This document shows positions 1-9,325 of a DNA stretch of 64,000 nucleotides, one piece after another. The number at the start of each line of letters is the position of its first letter. The stretch's first letter is position 1. The stretch lies in the IMG/VR virus record IMGVR_UViG_3300045988_168112; one strand, 5' to 3'. Source of the DNA: a virus. The position numbers were made by a program, and so were the translations under genes. The notes under the pieces were generated by a model. That model did no database searches and was not told the origin of the DNA. It saw only the letters and a list, made by a program, of their open reading frames with translations.

Positions 1-3000
1 CAGAATAATTGTTAAAATATTTATACTGGTCGCTTATTGCATTATTACTATAATATAAATCTGATGAAGTGAATGTCCAAGCATCATTAACTGAATAATA
101 TCTTCTTACTTGAGTTGCAGTCCAACATATTACAGCATCAATTACATAATGTATATATGTAATTACGGGAAGTTTAGTGCTATCAAAATTATATACGGGA
201 TGACTTATTGACACACCAAGATATTTTGTCATTGCATTTGTACTTACATAAATTGAACTATTATTATACCATAAATTAGTTTCATCTTTTTTATATAATT
301 TAGCTATATAATATGTTTCAAATGAACTACCCGACAAATAAACAGAACGTCCTAATGTATAGCTTTTTGTACCAGTAGTTACGAAAAATACAATACCAAA
401 AGAATTACTAACAGCATATAACTTACTTTCTTCACTCGCTAAATTCACAATACCCGTATAAGCACCTTTAAATGGTTTATAATAATTATCTATATATGAA
501 TAATATTGTTCCACTCTTCTATTGCTCACCCACACCCCTACCTTTAGAGCCTCTATTGTTATGGACTGGTCTTTGATGAGGGAGATTGCAGTGGTGGAAC
601 GGTTCGGATAATTCCAGTCTCCTGTTCCGTTTCCTCCCCATGTCGTGCTTCCTCCTGCTTCCCACCAGTAGTTGCCCGGCTTTATTGTCAGTACCACCTG
701 TCCGCTCGTATTTGTAGTGCCGCTATATGCAGTGCTGGTATTGTTACTTGACAGCTTCACTATTACACCACTTCCTACACTTGTTCCTGTACTCGCGTCC
801 TTTACGGTTATCGTTATCGTCACCTCACTTGGTACCAGCTTGATTGTAAAATTAGAGGTGTTCGTGTTCGTCGTGTTCAGTGTCACGTATCTTGTCGCAC
901 TTACCACGTATCTCATTGTTGTTCCAGATACATATATAGTTGCTTGTCCAGAACTGTTCGTCGTTACAGTCTGCGTAGCATAATTATTAGAATCTGAACT
1001 ATCTCCATTAATACCATATACCTTTATTGTCGCACCACTTACAGCCGCATTTGTATAGCTATTCTGTACAGTCACTACAATACTCTTTATTGCAGTAGAA
1101 TAAAATGCTGTAGCGTCACTGTTATGTCCTATATTGCTAAAATTATAATTAGGGGTGATGTTGTATGTCGTTTCGGTCGTTGTTGTGCCAGTCACATAAT
1201 AACTTGCCTTGTATGCAGCTATATTTGTCGTTATACCTGCAATGAATGTATATGTTCCATAATAATATACCGTTTTAGCAGAATTTTGAGTGAGTGTGAC
1301 TGTTGTTGCCACTCCTGCTGTTGTAAATATAGGCTTCACTAATGTGTTTACTCTCCACCATCCTAATAAAGGAGTAGAAAGCGGCACCCTTATTCTGAAT
1401 ACAACTGCTACACTCTTCGTTAATCTTACAGCATTCTGTGTAGTTGTTGCTGTAGGCATTGTTATTGTCGTGCTTCCGTTTACCCAATAGCTTGTACCTC
1501 CACCCCATGATAATGTATATGAACCTGCTATCATAGGGCCGAATGACACTTGACCGCTACTATTCGTCGTTCCAGCAAACGTGACAGATGACAAACTCTT
1601 GTTCGTCAATGTAACCGGACATCCGTTCGCATTCCCTTTTACTGCATTCTGATAATAGTCCTTCATCGTTATTGTGATAGAAGAACTTGTCTCGCTCATT
1701 TTCAGATTAAGAGGACTTGCCTGCGTTGCCGATAATGTACCGGATAACGCATTGTAGTTCGTTTTTGAAAATGAATATCCTCTATTGATACCGCTTCTAT
1801 ATACAGTCCAATTACCACTACTATCCGTTGTCCCTGTCTGTCCTAAATAAGAACATGATACTCCGCTTATATTCGTTCCATAATTAGAACTCTTTATGTT
1901 GAATGTCAGACGTGCTGTTACATTCAGTGTCATAGTCCAGGATTGATTTTCAGATACCCATGTCCATTCCTGGCTTGCATTACTGTAATAACTTGCATTG
2001 TTTTTCGGTGTATAGGTGTAGTTTATTCCAGCATATACCGTATTTGTTTTCTTTCCGCTCGCATCCAACGTTATTTCTCCTGCCGGGGCATTCGAGCCTG
2101 TAGGTACACTTCTGACTATCACTGCACTACCTAACGGATGGGTTGCTGTGATGTTTGGAACTTTCTCAACGACTGTCAGTGTAACCGTTCTTGTCGTTCT
2201 GTTCATCGTCACTGTATAAGGTGATGTCTGTGTGGCAGTCACTGTTCCTACGTAGTTGTTGAAATACTGTGCCGTGGCGGTCATTTGTCTATCTAATCCA
2301 CTTCTGTAGAAGCTTCCTCCGGATGGAAGTGTTTGACCGAAATAGGTAATTGTTCCAGAAAGCGCATTACTTGTATTGTAAATATTTGCTACTGTATTAA
2401 TCACTATCTTTTGGTTGCAAATCAATTGTATTGTCCGCACTTGTCCTGCTGCCGTATAAGTCAGTGCAGTATTTGGATTACTGTAATAATTAGGTCTTGT
2501 TACTGGTGTGAATGTTACTGGTGTACCTAAATAACATACAAACGATACATTGCCGTTCGTATCTAACGTTAATGGGCTTGTAGAAGCTGCCGGACTGAAA
2601 TTCATCTTCATGGATGAATAAAGAGCTACAGTCCATCCAAACGTATTAGACGGAAATGCTTTTCTTGTTATTGTAACAGCATCAGTCGATTCATTATTAT
2701 ATACGTTAATATTATTACTTCCATTACTAAATAAGAAATCTTTATTTGCAGAAACCATTTTGTCTACAGTACATATTTGGGTTATTTCTGCATACGATTT
2801 ATTCTGCGAATTACTTCCACTGATATCAAATACTGATGCTGTATCTATCTGCCATGTAACTGGCTTACTTCCTCCATCTAAATTAAAGAAATTGGTTGTA
2901 CTGAAAGAACCAGAAGCACCACATCTTATATAATGAGCATACCAAGTCCATACACCTGTTCCTTTATTATCTGTAAGCCATCTTCTCGTTGCACTCCCAC

Positions 3001-6000
3001 CTGTTCCGGTTGCATTACTCTGAAAAAACAAACTATATCCAGTAGGAATTTTTGCATGGAAAAACACTACAAATTCCTTATTAGCTGCTGTTGGCGTACC
3101 AAAATAAAAACCTCCTAATCCCGGACTTGTTGCTCCGGTAGAAGTCTTTATTTCCAAAACATACTGTGATTTGAATAACACTTCTTCACTCACTCCAAGA
3201 CTTACTGTAGCAGTTGAACGCGTCATTACCGCGTTGAACGGAGACGCGGTATCTGATGTTATACTGCCTCTATAATTACCGTGATATGTTGCTGTAATAT
3301 CTACATTTCTGGTTACAGAACTTCTATATAACGATACGTTGCCACTACTATCCGTCGTTCCTGTCTGATGAAAATATGACACAGTAGCACCGCTCAAATT
3401 TGTTCCGCTTGGCACGTTCGACTTGACATTAATTGTTATTTTTGCCGTTACAGTCAAATCCATAGTCCATGACTGATTGGCGGCCGTATAGGTGTGTTTC
3501 TGTGTCGGATTGCTGTAGAATTCCGGATGTCCTACTACCGTAAACGTCATTTCCGTACCTATATATCCATTGAATGTCACTGCACCGCTTGCATTCGTTG
3601 TAAGTGTTCCGGTCGCACTTCCTGCTGTGTATTTTATCTGTAAGTTCTGATAATAAGTTGTCTGTGCTGGCGTTATTTCTCTTACTACAAGTGTAACCGG
3701 ATTAGCGGCACGTGTCATTACGATATTGAACGGTGAAGTAGAATCGAACCTTATCTGACCTGTATAAGATTCAAGATTTGCAGCACTCACCGATATATTA
3801 CGAGGGTCTGAACCGCTCCAGTAGAACACTGCGTTTCCGCTTGCATCCGTCGTTTTTGTCTGAGTAAAATAATTTACTGTTGCACCTTGAATGTTTTGCC
3901 CTGGTACATTATCTTTCACATTTACAGTTATCTGTTTCGCACAAGTGAGATTCATGTTCCATACTTCACCTGCCGTTGTAAATGTATGTGTTTGAGTTGG
4001 ATTACTATAAAATACCCTTCTATTTTCTGCAATTACTGCAAATGTAATCGGAATACCTAAATACGCCTCAAATGTATTTGTTCCGCTCGTAATCGTTCCA
4101 TTACCTGCTGCCGACGTGTAACTTAATGTAAAATTATACCCACCATCCAAAATTACACTTGCACCACCCGGTATCACTTCATATTGCTGTACTGTCACTA
4201 CATGCTTATTTCTTAGCATCGTAACATTAAGCGGTGAAGCTGTAGTAGGAGCAATGGTTCCGTTTACCGTGCTGTAATCCTCCTTGTCTAAAGAATAATC
4301 CTTTTCCAGTGCTGACCGGAACAATGAAGCGTTTCCGCTTGCATCCGTCGTCACCATCTGTTCGTTGTAAGTTACCGTTACTCCTTGGATATTGTTTTTC
4401 GCATATACATCCTTTACATTAACCGTTATCTTTGAGGTCACGTTCAAATCGAATGGCCATATCACACCATCTTCCGTCCATGTATAGGATTGTGTCGGAT
4501 TGCTGTAAAAGCTTGGGTATGAATCAGTCGTGAACGTGTATTCCAGATTTTTTATCAATAACTGGTTGGTATAACCGTTTTCATCCAAAGTCAGCTTTAT
4601 CGTTCCTGCCTTGGATGTCATTGTAATGGTCTGGTTTGACAGATAAGCTCTTCCTGCCGTACCGTACACCTCCGAAACCTGAATACCTGCATTAATCAAT
4701 TCATATTGCACTTCTACATCCAACACTGTACCACTTTCACTTTGGGGATGTGAGAACGTATCGGATGAAACCTCGCCTGCAAGAACCTCGTAGGTGTATT
4801 CTCCTACCGGAACATTCGGCATGACTATCGTTCCTTCCGTATTCGTCTCTCCCTCGAACACCATGTCCGGCAATACATTGTTTGTTACACGTACCAAAAT
4901 TCCATCCGGTGGTAAAACTCCCTGTGTTGATACATGGAAAGTAACTGGATATTCCTTTGCTTCCAATTCAATATCCATTCTTGTTTCTGTTCCGGTAGGT
5001 TTGAAATTCCCAGTCTTTGTGTTGTAATGCTGCTTGCTTACACTGTAAGACATATTTACTGGAGAAATGTACATTTGCACTATTCCATCCGTATTCGTCG
5101 TTCCTGTCTGATTGACGGACATCCCACTGAATGTTACTGATGCACCGCTTAACTCACCGTATAAATTAGAGGTGATATATACCGGAATTCTCTTCGAGCA
5201 TGTATATACAAGGTCTTTTGTTTTTGTGTCAGAATAATTTAACGTCGCTACGGCTCCGTTACCTTCGTAAAAAGTGACTGGCTGTATCTGGAAACGCTCT
5301 GCAATACCTGCATACACGGTTTTTACAAATCTTCCGTTTGCGTCCGTCGTTACATTATCACCGGATGATTCGCCATTATCATTGTAATAACATGCAAGAA
5401 TCATCCCGGCTTTTACCGGATTTGCTGTTGTCGTGGAAATAGAAGGTATTATTTCCTTTACCGTATAAGTGACTGAAATCGTTCTTCTTACTACCGTGGG
5501 GGAAATCGTATTGTTTACCGGAAGAACAATATCCCATGTTTTGTTATTAAAATTACTGTTTCCTCCTCCGAATGTGATATTATATCTTCCTGGGGGTATG
5601 TTGAACTGTCCGTTTCCTTTGGATGTAAATACACCATTTTCATTAGTTGTTCCGGTAAAACTATATGCTTGTGATGGTGTGCCGCCCCAATTACTCACGG
5701 CTGTTACTGGACAGTTTACTGCTACCGATTCATAAGGCTCCATGCTTTTTAGGTTTACGGTCATTGTTATTTCCGCATACCCCATGATTATGTCTATATA
5801 ATCGGCTGACAATGGAGGTGTAAACGTACCTGTCTTGTCCGTATGGTCTGCTACTGTACATTCATAGCTCATTGCAATAGGTGAGATGTACACGCTTGCC
5901 GAACCGTCACTTCCGGATGTCACTGTTTGAGGCAAAGACATTCCGGACACGGTTATTTCCGCACCTTCAAGCGGTCTTAACGTGTTCTGCTGTTTTACCC

Positions 6001-9000
6001 TTAATTCTACTTTCTTTGAACATGTGATTTCCATAAGCGTAGGTACACTCGCTCCGAAACCCCAATTCTTAATCAGTAAACCGTTGTTCTCATAGAAACC
6101 TTTCTCTTTTATTGTCAACTGATAATCAATACCCGGCATTACTTCCGGAAATATCTTTCCTGCCGCATTCGTCGTATATTCTCGTACATTATCGTTGAAC
6201 ATGTTCTTTACTGAAACAACAATTCCAGCCTTGACCGGATTGAAGTTCAGAGCGGCTTTCTGTTCGGCAGCTATCTTTACAGTTACCTGGCTTACCGGAG
6301 TCGTTATCGTCACATCCACATAGAAAGTTCTCGGCTGTGCATCACGTGTCACATTCGGCTGCACTGTCAACATCGTACCTTCCAAAGAAGCTATTTCGTC
6401 ATTTGACACGTTGAATACCAATTCTGCACCTCCGCTTGCAAAATCATATGGCTCGTCCTCACCGCCAATTTCTGCACGTCGAAAAGTTTTTACATGTTCC
6501 ATCAAATCAAACGTCACTCCTTTGTTAGGAACAACGAAGTTTTCCGGTGTATGAACTATGTAATAATAACTGTCATTAGATAACGTCTCAGTCGTATTTT
6601 CACCACTGAATCTTACTGTAGTAGCATCACCGGACACACCGGGAATATTCTCTATTACATCAACTTCCGGTTCGATTTCCCTTCTTGTCATAGTAAAAGG
6701 AAGGTCTATATCCTTCAATTTTTCAAGCGTTATCGACTGGTTTTCTACCGCATCATAATATCTGTGTGTCGCATTCCAAGTGTATTCCCCTGCTTCCGCT
6801 CCAAGCTGCAATACGCCTATATCATTCGTATAACCGGAATCCACTTTAATTCCGGTCCCCTTGTTTATCAATTCGATATATACACCGGAAATAGGAGTCT
6901 TCGTTATCGCGTCCGTTGCAGTGTATGTTATTACAGTATCTCTCAATTCAAGATAAATAGTTTCTACAACATCTTGGTCTTTAATTACAACTTGTCCAGT
7001 GTATCTTTTATAATTTCTTTGAGTAACTACATAATCATGAGTTCCATTACCAAGAGTTACAGTTGCTACACCATTTATATTTGTAATTTTTGTTTCTTCA
7101 TTGATATTCAATTCAGCACCTTGAATATAATTACCATTCTCGATATCACGAACAATTAGTTTTAATGTATAGAATGCCTTGTTTAATTTGATAATCTTAG
7201 ATATAGGTGCATCATCCACAACAATAAAGTCTGAATACGACATATAACCGCTTCTAAACACTGTATAAGTAAATGTACCGTTCGGTAAGCTTACAATAAC
7301 TACACCATGTTCGTCTGTTAGATATGTAGATTCGTTAATTGAAACTGTTGCATTAGGAATCACCATATCATTTTCTGAATCAAGAACAGTAAATTTAACC
7401 TCATAGGGAATAGCATCAAGCTCAACAAGAATACAATTCGGTTTTTCTCCTACTATATCAATTGTTTCGTTGTACTCTTGATATCCTTCTTTCATTACAC
7501 GCATCTCATATTGACCTACCTGAAGTCCCATTTGAGCTTGTCCTTCATTGTCAGTTCTTTGAGTTGTATTTGTAACTGTAATATCTGCTTGAGGTACATA
7601 AATACTTCTTCTTCTATCAATAACAGCGAAATTGACTGTCAATGATTCAAGAAACATTCTTTCAAAGATTTCTACTGGTTTATTTTCAACAGTCAAAACA
7701 CTTTCAATGGTTTTAAATCCAGCTTTTGATACTGTATAACTATATGTTCCAGGTTCTAAATCTACAGAAGCTATACCTGTATCATCAGTTTCAAGAGTAT
7801 TAATTCCAATCTTGATTTCTGCACCTTCCATAGGAGCTTCACCTTCGTATATCGTGAAAGTCACTTTATAAGGGGTTGCTTCAAAATTATTAATCGTTAT
7901 AAAAATTGGACCATTTAATACTACAAATTCACCAGTCTGTTGAATCCAGTTTGCTTTATTCAATGTATATGTATATTCACCATTTTCAAGTAATACGTTA
8001 GCAGTACCAGATTCATCTGTTGTAATAACTTTGTTCCCAATAGTAATAAACGCACCAGGAACTGCAACATTCTTCAATGTAGTTACAGTAAATGAAACAA
8101 GATATTTCTGAGAAAGAATTGCAGATTGTGAACCTTTATAAATATCACTCTCTCCTGCTGGATAAAAAATATTAGAAAGACTACTACCAGAATCATATAA
8201 AATGTTTCCTTCCAAGTCTCGCATTCTGAATCCTTTGATACGAGGTAACATATTCAAAGGAACTTCTTCGTCAAAGTAAGGAAAGAAATATTCATCCGGC
8301 ACATATTTCACACCTTCCGCAGTTTTAACGACTTGAAGTAAATCATCCCATTGTACAACTTTTCCTGCTTCCCAAAAACGGAAATCAAGATACTTCGTCA
8401 TAGCAATTTGGATATTCTTTCTTGCATCAGCAATATTTATATTAGGAGATAATTCAACACGGAAATCAATACCTTGTTCTCCTCCAACATACATCCATTT
8501 TGCATTTTCAAGAATAATACCTACTGATTCACCTGATAAATTTAATTCAGTTAAACCAAAATAAGGAGTAGCTTTTTCAAGTAATTCTTCAAGCTCATCA
8601 TCTGTAAAGAAAGAACCATTCTGAGTTACAAGATAAATATGAGTCTTTCCATCTTCACCTAATCCTACATTCATAACCTTCAGAATTCTATCATCAAGGT
8701 CTTGGAAAATCTGTGTCCAAGATTCCACTGTTTCTTCTGAAAGTCTGTTATTGTAATTTATAATTCTGTTTCTAAAAGTCTCGTCATCTTCATAATCACG
8801 TCCACCAATAGCTGCATATTCGTTAGTACATTCTATATGCGTCAATGGTCTTGGAGAAACTTGTGTAATACTATTAGCTTCTACATTCGTAGCAGAACCA
8901 GTGATTACACTTCTTACACTTACATATCCATAACCAGAATTATCAACTGTAAACGGTTTATCTACAACGAATCTGATACCATTCTTAGAAATAAAAGTTG

Positions 9001-9319
9001 TACCTACTTCATATAATGTTCCAGGTTCAGCATATACTCTTATATAAGTAGATGAGCCAAGAGCTTGTTTTCGAGGACTTACACCAAACAATGCTGCTGA
9101 TTTATCCAGATATGTACCAGTTGCAGATGTAGGAAATATCTGTGCTTCTACAATAGCAATATCTTTAATTGCTTTTTGAGCAACTTTTGCAGTACCAAAT
9201 GCAACTGCATTCAACACTGAACCATCTGCTATGTTAGAAACCTTATCTGTTTTGTTTAAAAACATTTCAATCCACAAATTCTTCAGATTTGCGATTGTGT
9301 TACTTACCTTTGTTATCAT
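1..9319 (-). CDS. Giant baseplate-J-like / tail-fibre fusion protein, truncated by the window edge (>3,106 codons visible)
   Basis: Hand translation of the minus strand from ATG 9319 (6 nt after the upstream TAA at 9326-9328) stays open down to nt 2 (9319 nt = 3106 codons + 1 nt). It is missing from the ORF track only because its stop lies left of the window. The N-terminal ~390 aa carry baseplate J/gp6-type strings (ATGTYLDKSAALFGVSPRK; ECTNEYAAIGGRDYEDDETFRNRI). The rest is tandem beta-sandwich repeats. Confidence 0.85.
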   Translation of the reverse strand, partial: MITKVSNTIANLKNLWIEMFLNKTDKVSNIADGSVLNAVAFGTAKVAQKAIKDIAIVEAQIFPTSATGTYLDKSAALFGVSPRKQALGSSTYIRVYAEPGTLYEVGTTFISKNGIRFVVDKPFTVDNSGYGYVSVRSVITGSATNVEANSITQVSPRPLTHIECTNEYAAIGGRDYEDDETFRNRIINYNNRLSEETVESWTQIFQDLDDRILKVMNVGLGEDGKTHIYLVTQNGSFFTDDELEELLEKATPYFGLTELNLSGESVGIILENAKWMYVGGEQGIDFRVELSPNINIADARKNIQIAMTKYLDFRFWEAGKVVQWDDLLQVVKTAEGVKYVPDEYFFPYFDEEVPLNMLPRIKGFRMRDLEGNILYDSGSSLSNIFYPAGESDIYKGSQSAILSQKYLVSFTVTTLKNVAVPGAFITIGNKVITTDESGTANVLLENGEYTYTLNKANWIQQTGEFVVLNGPIFITINNFEATPYKVTFTIYEGEAPMEGAEIKIGINTLETDDTGIASVDLEPGTYSYTVSKAGFKTIESVLTVENKPVEIFERMFLESLTVNFAVIDRRRSIYVPQADITVTNTTQRTDNEGQAQMGLQVGQYEMRVMKEGYQEYNETIDIVGEKPNCILVELDAIPYEVKFTVLDSENDMVIPNATVSINESTYLTDEHGVVIVSLPNGTFTYTVFRSGYMSYSDFIVVDDAPISKIIKLNKAFYTLKLIVRDIENGNYIQGAELNINEETKITNINGVATVTLGNGTHDYVVTQRNYKRYTGQVVIKDQDVVETIYLELRDTVITYTATDAITKTPISGVYIELINKGTGIKVDSGYTNDIGVLQLGAEAGEYTWNATHRYYDAVENQSITLEKLKDIDLPFTMTRREIEPEVDVIENIPGVSGDATTVRFSGENTTETLSNDSYYYIVHTPENFVVPNKGVTFDLMEHVKTFRRAEIGGEDEPYDFASGGAELVFNVSNDEIASLEGTMLTVQPNVTRDAQPRTFYVDVTITTPVSQVTVKIAAEQKAALNFNPVKAGIVVSVKNMFNDNVREYTTNAAGKIFPEVMPGIDYQLTIKEKGFYENNGLLIKNWGFGASVPTLMEITCSKKVELRVKQQNTLRPLEGAEITVSGMSLPQTVTSGSDGSASVYISPIAMSYECTVADHTDKTGTFTPPLSADYIDIIMGYAEITMTVNLKSMEPYESVAVNCPVTAVSNWGGTPSQAYSFTGTTNENGVFTSKGNGQFNIPPGRYNITFGGGNSNFNNKTWDIVLPVNNTISPTVVRRTISVTYTVKEIIPSISTTTANPVKAGMILACYYNDNGESSGDNVTTDANGRFVKTVYAGIAERFQIQPVTFYEGNGAVATLNYSDTKTKDLVYTCSKRIPVYITSNLYGELSGASVTFSGMSVNQTGTTNTDGIVQMYISPVNMSYSVSKQHYNTKTGNFKPTGTETRMDIELEAKEYPVTFHVSTQGVLPPDGILVRVTNNVLPDMVFEGETNTEGTIVMPNVPVGEYTYEVLAGEVSSDTFSHPQSESGTVLDVEVQYELINAGIQVSEVYGTAGRAYLSNQTITMTSKAGTIKLTLDENGYTNQLLIKNLEYTFTTDSYPSFYSNPTQSYTWTEDGVIWPFDLNVTSKITVNVKDVYAKNNIQGVTVTYNEQMVTTDASGNASLFRSALEKDYSLDKEDYSTVNGTIAPTTASPLNVTMLRNKHVVTVQQYEVIPGGASVILDGGYNFTLSYTSAAGNGTITSGTNTFEAYLGIPITFAVIAENRRVFYSNPTQTHTFTTAGEVWNMNLTCAKQITVNVKDNVPGQNIQGATVNYFTQTKTTDASGNAVFYWSGSDPRNISVSAANLESYTGQIRFDSTSPFNIVMTRAANPVTLVVREITPAQTTYYQNLQIKYTAGSATGTLTTNASGAVTFNGYIGTEMTFTVVGHPEFYSNPTQKHTYTAANQSWTMDLTVTAKITINVKSNVPSGTNLSGATVSYFHQTGTTDSSGNVSLYRSSVTRNVDITATYHGNYRGSITSDTASPFNAVMTRSTATVSLGVSEEVLFKSQYVLEIKTSTGATSPGLGGFYFGTPTAANKEFVVFFHAKIPTGYSLFFQSNATGTGGSATRRWLTDNKGTGVWTWYAHYIRCGASGSFSTTNFFNLDGGSKPVTWQIDTASVFDISGSNSQNKSYAEITQICTVDKMVSANKDFLFSNGSNNINVYNNESTDAVTITRKAFPSNTFGWTVALYSSMKMNFSPAASTSPLTLDTNGNVSFVCYLGTPVTFTPVTRPNYYSNPNTALTYTAAGQVRTIQLICNQKIVINTVANIYNTSNALSGTITYFGQTLPSGGSFYRSGLDRQMTATAQYFNNYVGTVTATQTSPYTVTMNRTTRTVTLTVVEKVPNITATHPLGSAVIVRSVPTGSNAPAGEITLDASGKKTNTVYAGINYTYTPKNNASYYSNASQEWTWVSENQSWTMTLNVTARLTFNIKSSNYGTNISGVSCSYLGQTGTTDSSGNWTVYRSGINRGYSFSKTNYNALSGTLSATQASPLNLKMSETSSSITITMKDYYQNAVKGNANGCPVTLTNKSLSSVTFAGTTNSSGQVSFGPMIAGSYTLSWGGGTSYWVNGSTTITMPTATTTQNAVRLTKSVAVVFRIRVPLSTPLLGWWRVNTLVKPIFTTAGVATTVTLTQNSAKTVYYYGTYTFIAGITTNIAAYKASYYVTGTTTTETTYNITPNYNFSNIGHNSDATAFYSTAIKSIVVTVQNSYTNAAVSGATIKVYGINGDSSDSNNYATQTVTTNSSGQATIYVSGTTMRYVVSATRYVTLNTTNTNTSNFTIKLVPSEVTITITVKDASTGTSVGSGVIVKLSSNNTSTAYSGTTNTSGQVVLTIKPGNYWWEAGGSTTWGGNGTGDWNYPNRSTTAISLIKDQSITIEALKVGVWVSNRRVEQYYSYIDNYYKPFKGAYTGIVNLASEESKLYAVSNSFGIVFFVTTGTKSYTLGRSVYLSGSSFETYYIAKLYKKDETNLWYNNSSIYVSTNAMTKYLGVSISHPVYNFDSTKLPVITYIHYVIDAVICWTATQVRRYYSVNDAWTFTSSDLYYSNNAISDQYKYFNNYS
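560..8150 (-). repeat. Tandem carboxypeptidase-regulatory-like / Ig-like beta-sandwich domains (>25 units) inside the giant fibre gene
   Basis: Recurrent ~80-90 aa units ending in T-[TD]-[DN]-x-x-G-x-[AV] ... G-x-Y-x-[YF]. Examples: TDESGTANVLLENGEYTYTL, TDDTGIASVDLEPGTYSYTV, TDNEGQAQMGLQVGQYEMRV, TDEHGVVIVSLPNGTFTYTV, TTDASGNASLF, TTNSSGQVSFGPMIAGSYTL. Confidence 0.7.
3337..4354 (-). repeat. ~165-166 codon super-repeat of the fibre (FYSNPTQ..T..W.M.LT..KITVNVK..TTDASGN), three best-conserved copies
   Basis: Exact 23-nt identity gcgtttccgcttgcatccgtcgt at 3831-3853 and 4329-4351 (offset 498 nt). A diverged copy ends at 3358 (offset 495 nt). Further YYSNP/TTDSSGN copies occur near 1810-1830 and 2000-2500. 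Confidence 0.7.
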
Positions 9320-9325
9320 AACATG

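Noticed and set aside
1275-1508. Nested or overlapping ORFs inside larger genes (1275..1508, 15396..15584, 24663..24893, 30181..30429, 35482..35754, 41028..41255, 44954..45187, 47781..48059) and plus-strand ORFs antisense to them
   Set aside because: They lie out of frame within well-supported longer genes. Their composition is typical of off-frame translation of AT-rich coding DNA.
1-9319. Idea that the absence of long track ORFs here reflects stop-codon reassignment, as reported for some gut phages
   Set aside because: The minus-strand frame reads through with the standard code. The ORF is missing from the track only because its stop codon is outside the window. All other structural genes are intact under code 11.
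1-9319. Diversity-generating retroelement targeting the fibre (and the 26-nt repeat at 49122/49192 as a TR/VR pair)
   Set aside because: There is no reverse transcriptase gene in the window. The repeats within the fibre are in-frame domain repeats without adenine-specific mismatches. The 26-nt pair is identical and far too short for TR/VR.
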